Translations under genes and position numbers: made by a program
Shown: positions 1-9,836 of the stretch, in pieces
Numbering within the stretch: the stretch's first letter is position 1
Layout of the letters: the number at the start of each line of letters is the position of its first letter
The notes under the pieces: generated by a model
Told to the model about the DNA's origin: nothing
The model's database searches: none
What the model saw: only the letters and a program-made list of their open reading frames with translations
Origin: Flectonema sp. DT1601
Taxonomy: Eukaryota
NCBI GenBank assembly: GCA_964019425.1
Contig: OZ025796.1
Coordinates: forward strand, 124,001-188,000
DNA length: 64,000 nucleotides
Direction of reading: 5' to 3'

Positions 1-954
1 TTTCTTTTTTTTTTTCAATCAGTCGAACCCTCAATTTCCTCCCAGGATGGAAAACTGTGTTAACTTCTAAAACGATTTTTTCTCTGAATAGGATTTTTCT
101 GGTCGGTACTTTTGCCTTTGACTGATAAACTCTTTTTCTTATTCTGTTAAGTTTTTTTTTTTTTTCCAGTTTTTTCTCACTTTCCTTCAACAATTTGAAA
201 TACGACCAGGCAGCACCTTTAGCTAGAATTCCGTTTCAAAAAAACAAACAAAAATCATCAAAAAAAAAAAAAAAAAACTGGAAGGAAAGAACTAAAAAAA
301 AGAAGGCATAGCTTGCTGACCCACTAACAAACGAAAAAAAAAAAAGAGAGAAATATCTATCGATATTTTGCATAAGGGAAAATCATCACAATAACATTTG
401 ATCCTTCGAAGACCTCATCACAGCGGCCCAATCAAGTCTGCTCGAAACAACATTCTGTAAACCTGGGCCAACTATGAATAAAATTATTGCTGTCGACACT
501 AAACAAAAACTATCTGATGATGGGTTCACGTAAACATATACTCAAGTCCTCACACGTTTTCTTTTTTTTTTTTTTTTTTTTATTCAGTCGCATTCCTTCT
601 TTTGTGGGATGATACAACCTAATTTACTATTTTTTTTTTTTCCTCTTTTTTTTTTTTTTATTCTTTTTTCCCTTCCTCCCTCAAGCCAAACGAGCTAGCT
701 ATAAAAAAAAAGAAGTTCATCAGATATCCACTTGTCAGTTTTTTCTTAAAACTAAAAATCACAATTGAATAAAGGTTTAAATGTTCTTTGTTAGTTTCAA
801 AAAAACAATTCCGAACAGAACGGCGTTGAAGTTTACTTCAACCGTCAACCTTTTGACTCTCCCGCTGTGACTAGCCTCCAATGACAATACAACTAAATCT
901 GGACCTGCCAACAACCATCAGGTTTGCAAGTTCAGAATTATAGTTTTTTGTGTA

Positions 955-2379
955 CTACGCAGATTTTAAATTACTCCATTGGATGTCGAGGTCTTGTCCT
1001 TCCATCTTTGCTTCCCACAGAGGAGATAGTTCTCTGAGAGTCTTAACCGCGTGGACCACAGATTTTGCTGTGAAATCAATTTCTTCACTTGTAGTAAACC
1101 TTCCAATTCCAAAACGTAGTGAGGTGTGTGCAGTTTCCTCCGCTACTCCCAAAGCTCTTAGAACGTACGATGGTTCGAGAGAAGCAGACGTGCAGGCGCT
1201 TCCACTGCTGACAGCGATTTTGTTAATTCCCATCAGCAGGGATTCACCCTCAACACAATCAAAAGAAATATTTAAATTACCCGGGTATCTTGCTGTTGAT
1301 GCTAAGTCTGGTCCATTCATAAAGATTTCTGGCAGCTCTGAATTTAACGTATTCCAAAGTTGGTTAGCTAAGCCATTGATGTGGTCGCTGTCATTCTTCA
1401 TCTCACGAAGTGCTACTGAAGCAGCCTCACCTAAACCAACACAAAGTGGGGCCGGGACAGTTCCGGAACGAATTCCCTTCTCCTGACCTCCTCCACTGAT
1501 TGGTGAAGTGATTCTTGCTCTTGGTCTCTGTTCGTTTTTAGTTTACATCTAGTCAAAAAAAGATAACTACAATAAGAAATAAACACATACTCTTCTCACG
1601 TACAGGGCACCGATACCCTTCGGTCCATACATTTTATGACCAGAAATGGAAAGCAAATCAATCTTCAGTTTCTCAACATCAATTGGAATCTTTCCAACAG
1701 CCTGAGCAGCATCACAGTGGAATAGGATTTTACGTGCTCTGCAGAGTCGGCCTATTTCTTCGAGAGGTTGAATAACTCCGATCTCGTTATTAACAGCCAT
1801 GATACTCACTAATGAAGTCTCTGGAGTCATCGCTTCTTCTAACATGTCTAAAGCAACTACTCCTTCCTTATTAACAGGTAGGTATGTGACTTTAAAACCT
1901 TCCATTTCAAGTTGACGACAGCTCTCAAGAACGCACTTGTGCTCTGTTTGTAATGTTATTATGTGCTTCTTGGTCTCTTTACGGAAGTTTGCAGCTCCTT
2001 TTATTGCGATATTGTTCGACTCGGTTGCTCCGGAGGTGAAGAATACTTCGCGAGAAACATCGGCACCGATGAGGTTCTTTAACTGTTTTTTTTTGTTGTT
2101 GTTGTGCTACCGTAAAGTATTGAAAGAGTTAACGAAAATGGTACAAACGTTTTCTCTCGCTTGTTCCACTGCATGTTCCGCATCCCAGCCGTATTCGTGA
2201 GTTCTGCTGTGAGGGTTGCCATAGCTTCCAAGCATGAATGGCATCATTGAGTCTAACACTCGAGGATCAACTGGCTGGGTTGCTTGAGCATCAAGGTACA
2301 CAGCCCTCCCTAAAATATCCTCTGAGTGATGCATGTGACGTACACCTGAACGGCGTACGCATCTAGCAATTGTCTTCAT
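955..2379 (-). CDS. NFS1: Mitochondrial cysteine desulfurase, 3 exons (2379-2149, 2082-1591, 1527-955; 431 aa)
   Basis: Motifs [45 protein letters not shown] (PLP lysine) and SSGSACTS (catalytic Cys). Removing introns 2083-2148 (GTTTGT..CAG) and 1528-1590 (GTATGT..CAG) joins the ORF-track pieces in frame. Confidence 0.96.
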
Positions 2380-2849
2380 TTCCTTACAAAAGTATCCTGT
2401 TATATAAATGGTATATTTATTTATTGATTTTTTTTACAACGATTAAACTTTATTTTTTTTCTCTGAATCCCAACAAGACGACTCACTAAGGTTAGACTAG
2501 GCAATCGCTCGCTCTGTTTTTTTTTTTTTTTTTTTTCATTAATTCGAATCACCTCTCGAGGTGACCACACTATAAATTAATATCAATAACATTATATGAA
2601 TATTAATATCTTCCATGAGTTAGACAAGTAGAAAGATTAAATAAAAAAGTGTAAACACAGACGAGAGAGTCTCTCTTCTCTTTATTACATAATAACTTAT
2701 AGGAGAGCTACGAAAAACCAATTAAAAAAAAACATCAGATAAATAAAAAAGAAAAAGTGGCTATTAAGATAACAACCAGATTGAGATAATCAACGTAAGT
2801 TCAACGAAAACAGGTTTTTTTTTTTCTCTCAATAATTTAGAAATAAACG

Positions 2850-3797
2850 CTAACTCATGATGTTGTTATTGTGTATGTTTTTATCCATAGCTTTTAAAGT
2901 GTTAAGAGCCTGTGGTCTTTCAGAAGGAGGGTTGAGAATTAAGGGGATCCCTCCAGCGTCACCAGAGCCACCAATTACAACAACTTTTGGATTGCAATTT
3001 TGAGCAAGTGACTTAGTCACTTCGATTCCTTTCCATTCAAGAAGACGAGGCGTGATTCCTGAGCTAACGATGTTTTGAAACTTTGCGATTCCTTCTGCGA
3101 GAATTACTTTTTGATCTGCGAGAAGTCGTTCTTTTTGGAGTATGTATTTCATTTGTTCTGCTTGTTGTTCCATCGCCATCTTCTTCTCAATAGCGACTTC
3201 TATCGTTGCAGGTAATAGTAGCCTGTTTATTAATGCGATCTCAACAATTATTCCTCTTCCCTTAACAAGCTTATCAATCCCTTGAAGTAAATCTCTTGAC
3301 ATGGCCAGACGAGCTTCCGCTGAATATAAAGCCTGACTGCTATGAGCGGAGGTAACTGCCCTGACGACACTTTGGAATTCGGGTAACAAAATCTTTTCTT
3401 CAAAGTTATTTCCGACACTTCTATATAACTCAACAGCCATTTTTGGATCTATTCTGTTAATGCAAGAAGCCGCAAGATGGACGTTTACACCCTCTTGAGT
3501 TGGGACATTATCAGCGAAATGTAAAACTTTCAGTCGAGTACTCATTAAGATTACACTTGATAAAGGATTTATCAAGTGCCATCCATTCGGTAGAGGAGCT
3601 TCTTGAACACTTCCTAAGAAGCTGACAACGCCTAACGATCCCACTGGTACGATAGTAAAACACGCTAAAAGAGCTGTTAACAAAATAGAAACTAGCATCC
3701 CTGCTTTTATTATTGTTTGAGAGTATGGTCCTCCACCTCCTCCTCCTCCTCCGTCATCTCCTAACCTACGCCCTCCTGCTCCTGTTAATAGCGGCAT
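2850..3797 (-). CDS. SPFH/Band-7 (prohibitin-like) membrane protein
   Basis: N-terminal TM segment, then VPVGSLGVV..GWHLINP, VRAVTSAH, AIEKKMAMEQQAEQMKYILQKE..AEG, LLEWKGIE. First ATG is at 3797; the ORF-track start at 3875 is not an ATG. Confidence 0.88.
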   Translation of the reverse strand: MPLLTGAGGRRLGDDGGGGGGGGPYSQTIIKAGMLVSILLTALLACFTIVPVGSLGVVSFLGSVQEAPLPNGWHLINPLSSVILMSTRLKVLHFADNVPTQEGVNVHLAASCINRIDPKMAVELYRSVGNNFEEKILLPEFQSVVRAVTSAHSSQALYSAEARLAMSRDLLQGIDKLVKGRGIIVEIALINRLLLPATIEVAIEKKMAMEQQAEQMKYILQKERLLADQKVILAEGIAKFQNIVSSGITPRLLEWKGIEVTKSLAQNCNPKVVVIGGSGDAGGIPLILNPPSERPQALNTLKAMDKNIHNNNIMS

Positions 3798-4010
3798 ATG
3801 TTCTTTAGAAGAAATTTTTATGTATTCTTTTTTTAAAGTATTCTTATGTGAGGAAAAAAGAGATAATATGACCAATTATGAATATTGTTATTACAGAAGA
3901 CAAGATTGTGTAAACTGCGGAAAACTAATTGAAAAAAAAGGAACTGACAGAAAGAGGCAAAAAAAAATGAAAGAAAAAAAAAAAAGAGAGAGAGAGAGAG
4001 CACTCAGCAA

Positions 4011-5753
4011 TTAATAAATAAAAGAAATCGGAGGTGGGTTGTGGCTGTTTATGTCTTCCAACAGCAAAGTAGAATTCGAGTCTTCGAGATTTGATAAAAT
4101 CTCAGTGGCACCCTGAGGATCGTTGTATATTAAGAAAGTCTTAACAGCACGGTTATATGGTTCCCAATTGTCCTTGTTTTGTTTAGTTAGCTCATACATC
4201 CATTCCTCTCTTGATGGCATGGTAGGGGTCGAAGCCGAATCGGTAAATATTATTTCCCAAAGAAGAACAACACCATCAGTATTATTAAAACTTTCTCTAT
4301 AAAATTTAAACTTCTTTGGAATGAGTCTGGTGTCATGAACAATCCCCGCATCTGATCTAACTCTACTACACGTCAGTAGTGGAATACCAAGATCTCTGCC
4401 AACTCTTTCGATACCATAAATAAAAACAGACACCTCTCCCATGGTACAGAATCTTCTATTTTCACCGTTTCCCAAATCTCCAACTACCGCGAAAGATGAA
4501 GCACAAGAAGAATTTATCTTTAACTCTGACGTTTTCATATCTTGAATGACAGCAACACACGTATTCACACTCGCAGTTGTGTGAGTACTGCAACCTTTAA
4601 CAGCGTTGTATGACAACATGATATGATCTCCCAGAATGATGTCAAGAATTCCACGATTTTCTTTAGAACGAGTGACAGCTGCGTCTACCAGAGAGCAGAA
4701 GTTCTCAGCAAAGTGTTTGCTGTTTTCTTTAATTAATGTCAATGATCCTTGAACGTTTATAACAGAAACAGTAATGTTGATATACCGACATAGTTTTTTA
4801 GGAATTATTACGTCAGTGACGTCATCAGCGGTGCTATTGGTTCTTATAGATGTGTTTAACAACCCAGTTGGATGAAAACTGTTACTTCGATTTAAACCGT
4901 CCACTTCATCAACAACCATTGGAAAACAAGACTGTGGTAAATAAGGTCGATACAGTGTTAAGTTATTAAGCAACCCTTCTAATGCAATGTGCAATCCCTC
5001 AGGCATCATCGTTGCTTGTTTTAATGAATGACGAGCAGCGTCTAAATCAAAATTATAAAGAGAAGTCGCAATACAAGAAGTAATATCAATACACTGTTGA
5101 GTGTTGGCTTGTTGTTGTTTGACGTTATTAGCGAATCCTCTCGTTAAGTAGTAGTCGATTAAGAACGTAAATGAGTAACCAACAAACATAGCACTCGAAG
5201 ATAAGAATGATTTTTTACATGGGAAAGTATCTCCAAATTGCAAGCATTTCAAACTGTTTGCGCGTTCTGATTCACTTGGCATTCCAGGAAGTTGCGCAAT
5301 GCCAATTCTATAGGTTTTTTCTAAAGCAGATATAGCTAACCACAAAAGCATTGCTGATACTATACCGAGTGAAACAAAAGTGTGAAGCCTTAGTAGAAGA
5401 CAAGTATCGAGTATAAGAATCGCAACTGACCACACTCTATACTCTCCCAACACCAACAACTCCGAGTCAATCACAATTAAAGATATCAACAAAAGCCCAA
5501 CGTAGCCATCAAGAAGATATAACGGTGCGGTTCTCGTTATGAAGATGTATAAGAGCATTAAAATACTTCCTCCCAATCCCAGAACACTTCCACTAAACAC
5601 ATAAAGATTTCCTCCATAGAATAACGTAGGCATTAGCGTCATACAGCACACCATAAGTATTAGTTTTACTGCTGTTTTTTTTACTTGCTTTACATCTTCG
5701 GTATCGCCTTCAATAATTAAATACGTCTCACAAATCCCCAAACAGTTGAACAT
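4011..5753 (-). CDS. Multi-pass membrane protein with a degenerate class III nucleotide-cyclase-like domain
   Basis: Several hydrophobic helices, then a YRPYLPQS linker and GILDIILGDHIMLSYNA..AVVGDLG, resembling the K-F-I-G-D and G-x-x-G cyclase motifs. The first metal-binding Asp appears replaced (VINVQG). Confidence 0.7.
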   Translation of the reverse strand: MFNCLGICETYLIIEGDTEDVKQVKKTAVKLILMVCCMTLMPTLFYGGNLYVFSGSVLGLGGSILMLLYIFITRTAPLYLLDGYVGLLLISLIVIDSELLVLGEYRVWSVAILILDTCLLLRLHTFVSLGIVSAMLLWLAISALEKTYRIGIAQLPGMPSESERANSLKCLQFGDTFPCKKSFLSSSAMFVGYSFTFLIDYYLTRGFANNVKQQQANTQQCIDITSCIATSLYNFDLDAARHSLKQATMMPEGLHIALEGLLNNLTLYRPYLPQSCFPMVVDEVDGLNRSNSFHPTGLLNTSIRTNSTADDVTDVIIPKKLCRYINITVSVINVQGSLTLIKENSKHFAENFCSLVDAAVTRSKENRGILDIILGDHIMLSYNAVKGCSTHTTASVNTCVAVIQDMKTSELKINSSCASSFAVVGDLGNGENRRFCTMGEVSVFIYGIERVGRDLGIPLLTCSRVRSDAGIVHDTRLIPKKFKFYRESFNNTDGVVLLWEIIFTDSASTPTMPSREEWMYELTKQNKDNWEPYNRAVKTFLIYNDPQGATEILSNLEDSNSTLLLEDINSHNPPPISFIY

Positions 5754-5989
5754 ACTACTGTAGGTGACTGATTATGAGGTGTTATAAGGATTTATTTTTC
5801 TTACACGTAGAATAGGAATAAAAAGAAAAAAGTCGTTGTTTAAAAAAAAAAAATCATAATTACGCGGCCTTGGAAAAGACCAACTACTGTGTAAGTAAAA
5901 CCAAAAAAAAACCGTTCAGAAGGTTGCTTTATGTTGATCGCAGATAGCATGACGGCACACACAGGCAACCAACACGTTAATTCATATGT

Positions 5990-6439
5990 TCAATTAACGA
6001 CCATCATTTTTCGAAATTCGTCGAAATTCATTTTTCCGTCACCATCAAGATCAGCTTCTCTGATCATCTCATCTGCTTCTTCTGCAGTCATTCGGAGTCC
6101 AAGTTTTCCCATCGCGTATTGAAGATTCGAAGGAGTGATTAGACCCGTTCCATTAATGTCGTAGAATTGGAACGTATCTCTCATATCAACGTCATTGTCA
6201 GCCCTCTCCATCTTTTCTGCAACCAGCGTTAAGAATTCTGGAAAATCGATAACCCCATCATCGTCCATGTCGGCTTCTGTTAGCAAAGCTTTTATTTCGT
6301 CATCACTACAGTTCTGACCAACACTTCTGAGGACTTCACCCAATTCCTCAACTGATATGGTACCACTGCCATCAGCGTCAAATAAACTGAATGCATCTCT
6401 GAATTCTTGGATTTGATCTTGAGAAAGTTGATCAGCCAT
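5990..6439 (-). CDS. Calmodulin-like EF-hand protein (149 aa)
   Basis: Four EF-hand loops (DADGSGTISVEE, DMDDDGVIDFPE, DINGTGLITPSN, DLDGDGKMNFDE) and a calmodulin-like N-terminus, but divergent from canonical calmodulin. Confidence 0.92.
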   Translation of the reverse strand: MADQLSQDQIQEFRDAFSLFDADGSGTISVEELGEVLRSVGQNCSDDEIKALLTEADMDDDGVIDFPEFLTLVAEKMERADNDVDMRDTFQFYDINGTGLITPSNLQYAMGKLGLRMTAEEADEMIREADLDGDGKMNFDEFRKMMVVN

Positions 6440-7090
6440 TTTATTATTACAGAAAACTAATTTTATAAAAATAAGAATGAAGTTTTTAATCTATCGATCC
6501 CTTTTCATTGTCCTACTCCACTCCTGTGGTAGTGTCATTCTGTTAGCGCGTTTCTCGATTATGTCAGAAAATCTGTTTTTTTCTTTTTTCCTTTTTTTGA
6601 GATAAAGTCATCAAGCAAACATATTTCCTCGTTGGTACTCTTACAGCTGACCGAGTTAGAATTAAAAAGTCACTTTTTTTTTATTTTATTTTTGACACTT
6701 AAGACGCCTCACTCTTTTTATTAATTTATTTTAATTAAACAGTGGACAATAGACAAACAAATATCAATAAACGAAACCTATTATGAGTGAAACACAATTG
6801 AGAACTGAAGCCCTATCATTGAGATAGATAGACTGTAAGGGATAGTAGAGGAGTATTATTATTCAGTCAGTAAAGAAACAAAAACAAAAACAAAAAAAAA
6901 TCAAATCAATAAATCGTAGGATTCAGTGGATAATATTAAAAAGAAATCTTTCTTCAGACAATTCCCCGCAAAGGGGGTGGCATGCTCATCGCGTTTGCCC
7001 TTCTCAATAGAGGATAGTAGAGGTCGTTAGTTGTTTGATGATGGGTTCCTCAATTCAGTTTTTCGATAAGCCCATGAATGTATTATTTAT

Positions 7091-7900
7091 TTATTTACTG
7101 GATGCCGTTGTGTTTTTTGGAGCAACAACAGGCAACCCTTCATTGCCTAGAAATATTACCTGCGCATTGCATGATGCTCCGAGAAGTTCCGTAGCGTGGA
7201 TAGCATTCCACTTCAGCATCTCATCAGTTGTGTTTCCCGAGATGATTCTCTGTGCTGTTGCTGTTCCTTGAGCTTCAATTACTTTTCGATCAGCTTCTTG
7301 ACGTTCCTTTTCAAGAACAAACTGCATAGCCTCAGCTTCTTGTTGAAGCTGCATCTTTGTTTCAATCGCATCTGTGATCAGTTGTGGGAGTGCCAATTTG
7401 TTTATTGGAGTACTTTCGATTATAATCCCGTAAGACTCGACTATTCTAGTCAATTCTTCTTTTAACGTGTCAGTCATCTGAAGACGAGCAGCTGCCGTGT
7501 ACAAGGCTGCAGCACTGTGAGCAGATGTAACCTCACGCACTGCTGCTTCAAATTGTGGAACTAAAAGAGTTTTTACGATATTAAATCCGAAAACTTCGAA
7601 TACCATCACAGCCTTACGCGGCATCATATGAAATAAACAAGAAGCTTCTAAATGAATATTCACTCCTTCGATAGTCGGAACGTTATCACTAAAGTGTAAG
7701 ACTTGTGTTTGAGTATTCATGATAGCGACATGACTGAGCGGGTTAATTACGGCTAGACCAGGAAATAGTGGATCAGATAACAACGTTCCCCAAAACGAAA
7801 CCACACCAACATTCCCAACTGGGACAACTGTTACCCCAAACAGCATACACAGCGTTAGCAGTGTCGCTCCAAACAGACTTGCAGCTAAGTAAACTCTCAT
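7091..7900 (-). CDS. SPFH/Band-7 (prohibitin-like) protein, paralog of 2850-3797
   Basis: Shares VPVGxxGVVSF, INPLS, VLHFxDNVPTxEGVNxHLxASC and VRxVTSAHS with the other SPFH gene. Confidence 0.88.
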   Translation of the reverse strand: MRVYLAASLFGATLLTLCMLFGVTVVPVGNVGVVSFWGTLLSDPLFPGLAVINPLSHVAIMNTQTQVLHFSDNVPTIEGVNIHLEASCLFHMMPRKAVMVFEVFGFNIVKTLLVPQFEAAVREVTSAHSAAALYTAAARLQMTDTLKEELTRIVESYGIIIESTPINKLALPQLITDAIETKMQLQQEAEAMQFVLEKERQEADRKVIEAQGTATAQRIISGNTTDEMLKWNAIHATELLGASCNAQVIFLGNEGLPVVAPKNTTASSK

Positions 7901-8007
7901 TTGGCTTTGGTTGAGTGTTTTTCTGAATGGAAAAAAAAAAAAAAGTTAAAGTATTACGATGTCTGTGGGTATAATTATAATAATAAATAAGATTTTAGAA
8001 CATTAAT

Positions 8008-9600
8008 TTAAGCAACTCGATAAGATGATATATTATACTCATCCATCAGATCATCGAAACACCGCTCCCACCGACCAGCTATTTTTCGATACTTTTCAAG
8101 TGACTCAGAAGACCCTTTAGAAAATCCCATCTTCTCAGCTCTGCTACTCCAAGCCTGAGATGTTAAAAATGGAGATTTCGGACCGCAGAGATTTTCTGTC
8201 CGAGCGGCCTGATAAGGACCAGTGCAGGTCTCTCCCCAGTCAGAGGGATGTGTGCAGTTTGGTTTATTACGAAGAGTGTCGGGGAAGAGAGATTCAAACA
8301 TGTTCATGTATTGGTCAGATGTTTTTAGTTTTATAATTTCAGACATCTCAAGAAAACGAAACTGAGACGCATCAAAGTAGTGCAACCAATACTTGACTCC
8401 AAGTGCTATAAAACCAAATGGAAGAAATAAAACGTCATTCTCTCTATTACCATAATACATACATCTAGAGAGAGATTGACTTATGAGATTTATGTTCTTT
8501 AATACTCTCTTTGGGGAGTAAAGCATCAACTTGCAGATAGGACGGCTTTCTAGAACAGACAACTGTTCGTCAAGTCTGTCAGAAAACACTTTTAGTGGTT
8601 CCTCTCCCCATTTCCATTGTTTCCTAAGTTCAGAATGTAAAAGATAATGTGAGAATGCCCGAGATATAATATCACGGCGGATGACTAAGAAAGTTGGTTT
8701 CCAAGGAGATCCCAACAAGTCTTCATAGACAGCCTGAGCTACTCCGTATATCATTAGTTGATCAGGTGTACCGTCGTATAGAAACCAGTTCTTTGATTCT
8801 ACTTCTACAGGAGGAAATCTCATAACAGAAAGTTCAGGAAAACATTTATCTGAATACCTTGCTATCTCTGGGTAGATCCAAAATTCTTTAGGGCAGTCCC
8901 ATCTCCGAAATCCAGTTCGCTTCCAAATCCTCCGAACCAGAGACGGAGATTTCAGAAATTTCGGTTCTCCGAAATTAGTTTCATTTACAGGCCACCTCAT
9001 TGAGGCAGCTGGGTATGGTAAGTTACTGTCATTCCCATTCATAGCAGCTGCAAAGCAGTGGCTGAGGAATGTTGTTCCGGTTTTTGGAGGACCGAGGAAG
9101 AAATATCGAGCTCGCATTCTACCTTTCCAATGCCTCGGATATCCCAAAGTTGCCGAAAAGCCAACAGACTCAGCCACCGACAGAGCATCAGCAGTTGGGG
9201 GAAATTTCGACCATCTCTGATCTGTTTTGTCTCTCGATGGAAAACGAGCAATAAACTTACGTAGCAAAGTCCCTCTTGACTTACAAATGGGAGAGTCATC
9301 TGCGGCAGAGTTTTTAAAAGGCAGCTTCATTTGGTTAAACATTGAAGCGATCCTACGTGAGATGCTGTCATTGAGTACTTTTATAACTGATTTCTCATTA
9401 ACAGTTGTCCTTCTCACTGACGCTGTGATGTTTATTTCATGCAATTTACTGATAATAATATCCGTCTCTGTTCTCTTCGCTGATGTGGAAATTACTACAG
9501 TCGTACGCACGGACTCTCCTTCAAGTACAACATGAACCCATAAAGGAAGTAACGCTACGATAATTATAGTGATGAATAGCTCAATTCTCACGTTCTTCAT
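8008..9600 (-). CDS. Type II membrane (Golgi-type) sulfotransferase-like protein
   Basis: N-terminal signal anchor, 5'-PSB motif FLGPPKTGTT and 3'-PB motif RDIISRAFSHY. Confidence 0.8.
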   Translation of the reverse strand: MKNVRIELFITIIIVALLPLWVHVVLEGESVRTTVVISTSAKRTETDIIISKLHEINITASVRRTTVNEKSVIKVLNDSISRRIASMFNQMKLPFKNSAADDSPICKSRGTLLRKFIARFPSRDKTDQRWSKFPPTADALSVAESVGFSATLGYPRHWKGRMRARYFFLGPPKTGTTFLSHCFAAAMNGNDSNLPYPAASMRWPVNETNFGEPKFLKSPSLVRRIWKRTGFRRWDCPKEFWIYPEIARYSDKCFPELSVMRFPPVEVESKNWFLYDGTPDQLMIYGVAQAVYEDLLGSPWKPTFLVIRRDIISRAFSHYLLHSELRKQWKWGEEPLKVFSDRLDEQLSVLESRPICKLMLYSPKRVLKNINLISQSLSRCMYYGNRENDVLFLPFGFIALGVKYWLHYFDASQFRFLEMSEIIKLKTSDQYMNMFESLFPDTLRNKPNCTHPSDWGETCTGPYQAARTENLCGPKSPFLTSQAWSSRAEKMGFSKGSSESLEKYRKIAGRWERCFDDLMDEYNISSYRVA

Positions 9601-9836
9601 ACGGTTCGATTAATGTATTTATCTCATTGAGTTGATTTAGTGTAAGTGTCTGCCATATTATTATTGGTGAAAGGAAAAGAGTTTATTAAAATTTGTGATC
9701 CCAACTTTATGAAAAGAAACCAGACGAATGTGACAAAAAAAAAAAAAAAAAAAACACTACTTCGCAGCAACACTATCAATTTTAAAGCAATTTTCTTTTT
9801 TCACTTTTTATGTGTGGTAGTATTCACACTTTGTTA

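Noticed and set aside
510..545. CTGATGA at 514-520 as a hammerhead core or C box
   Set aside because: No stem II followed by GAAA, and no matching D box or terminal stem.
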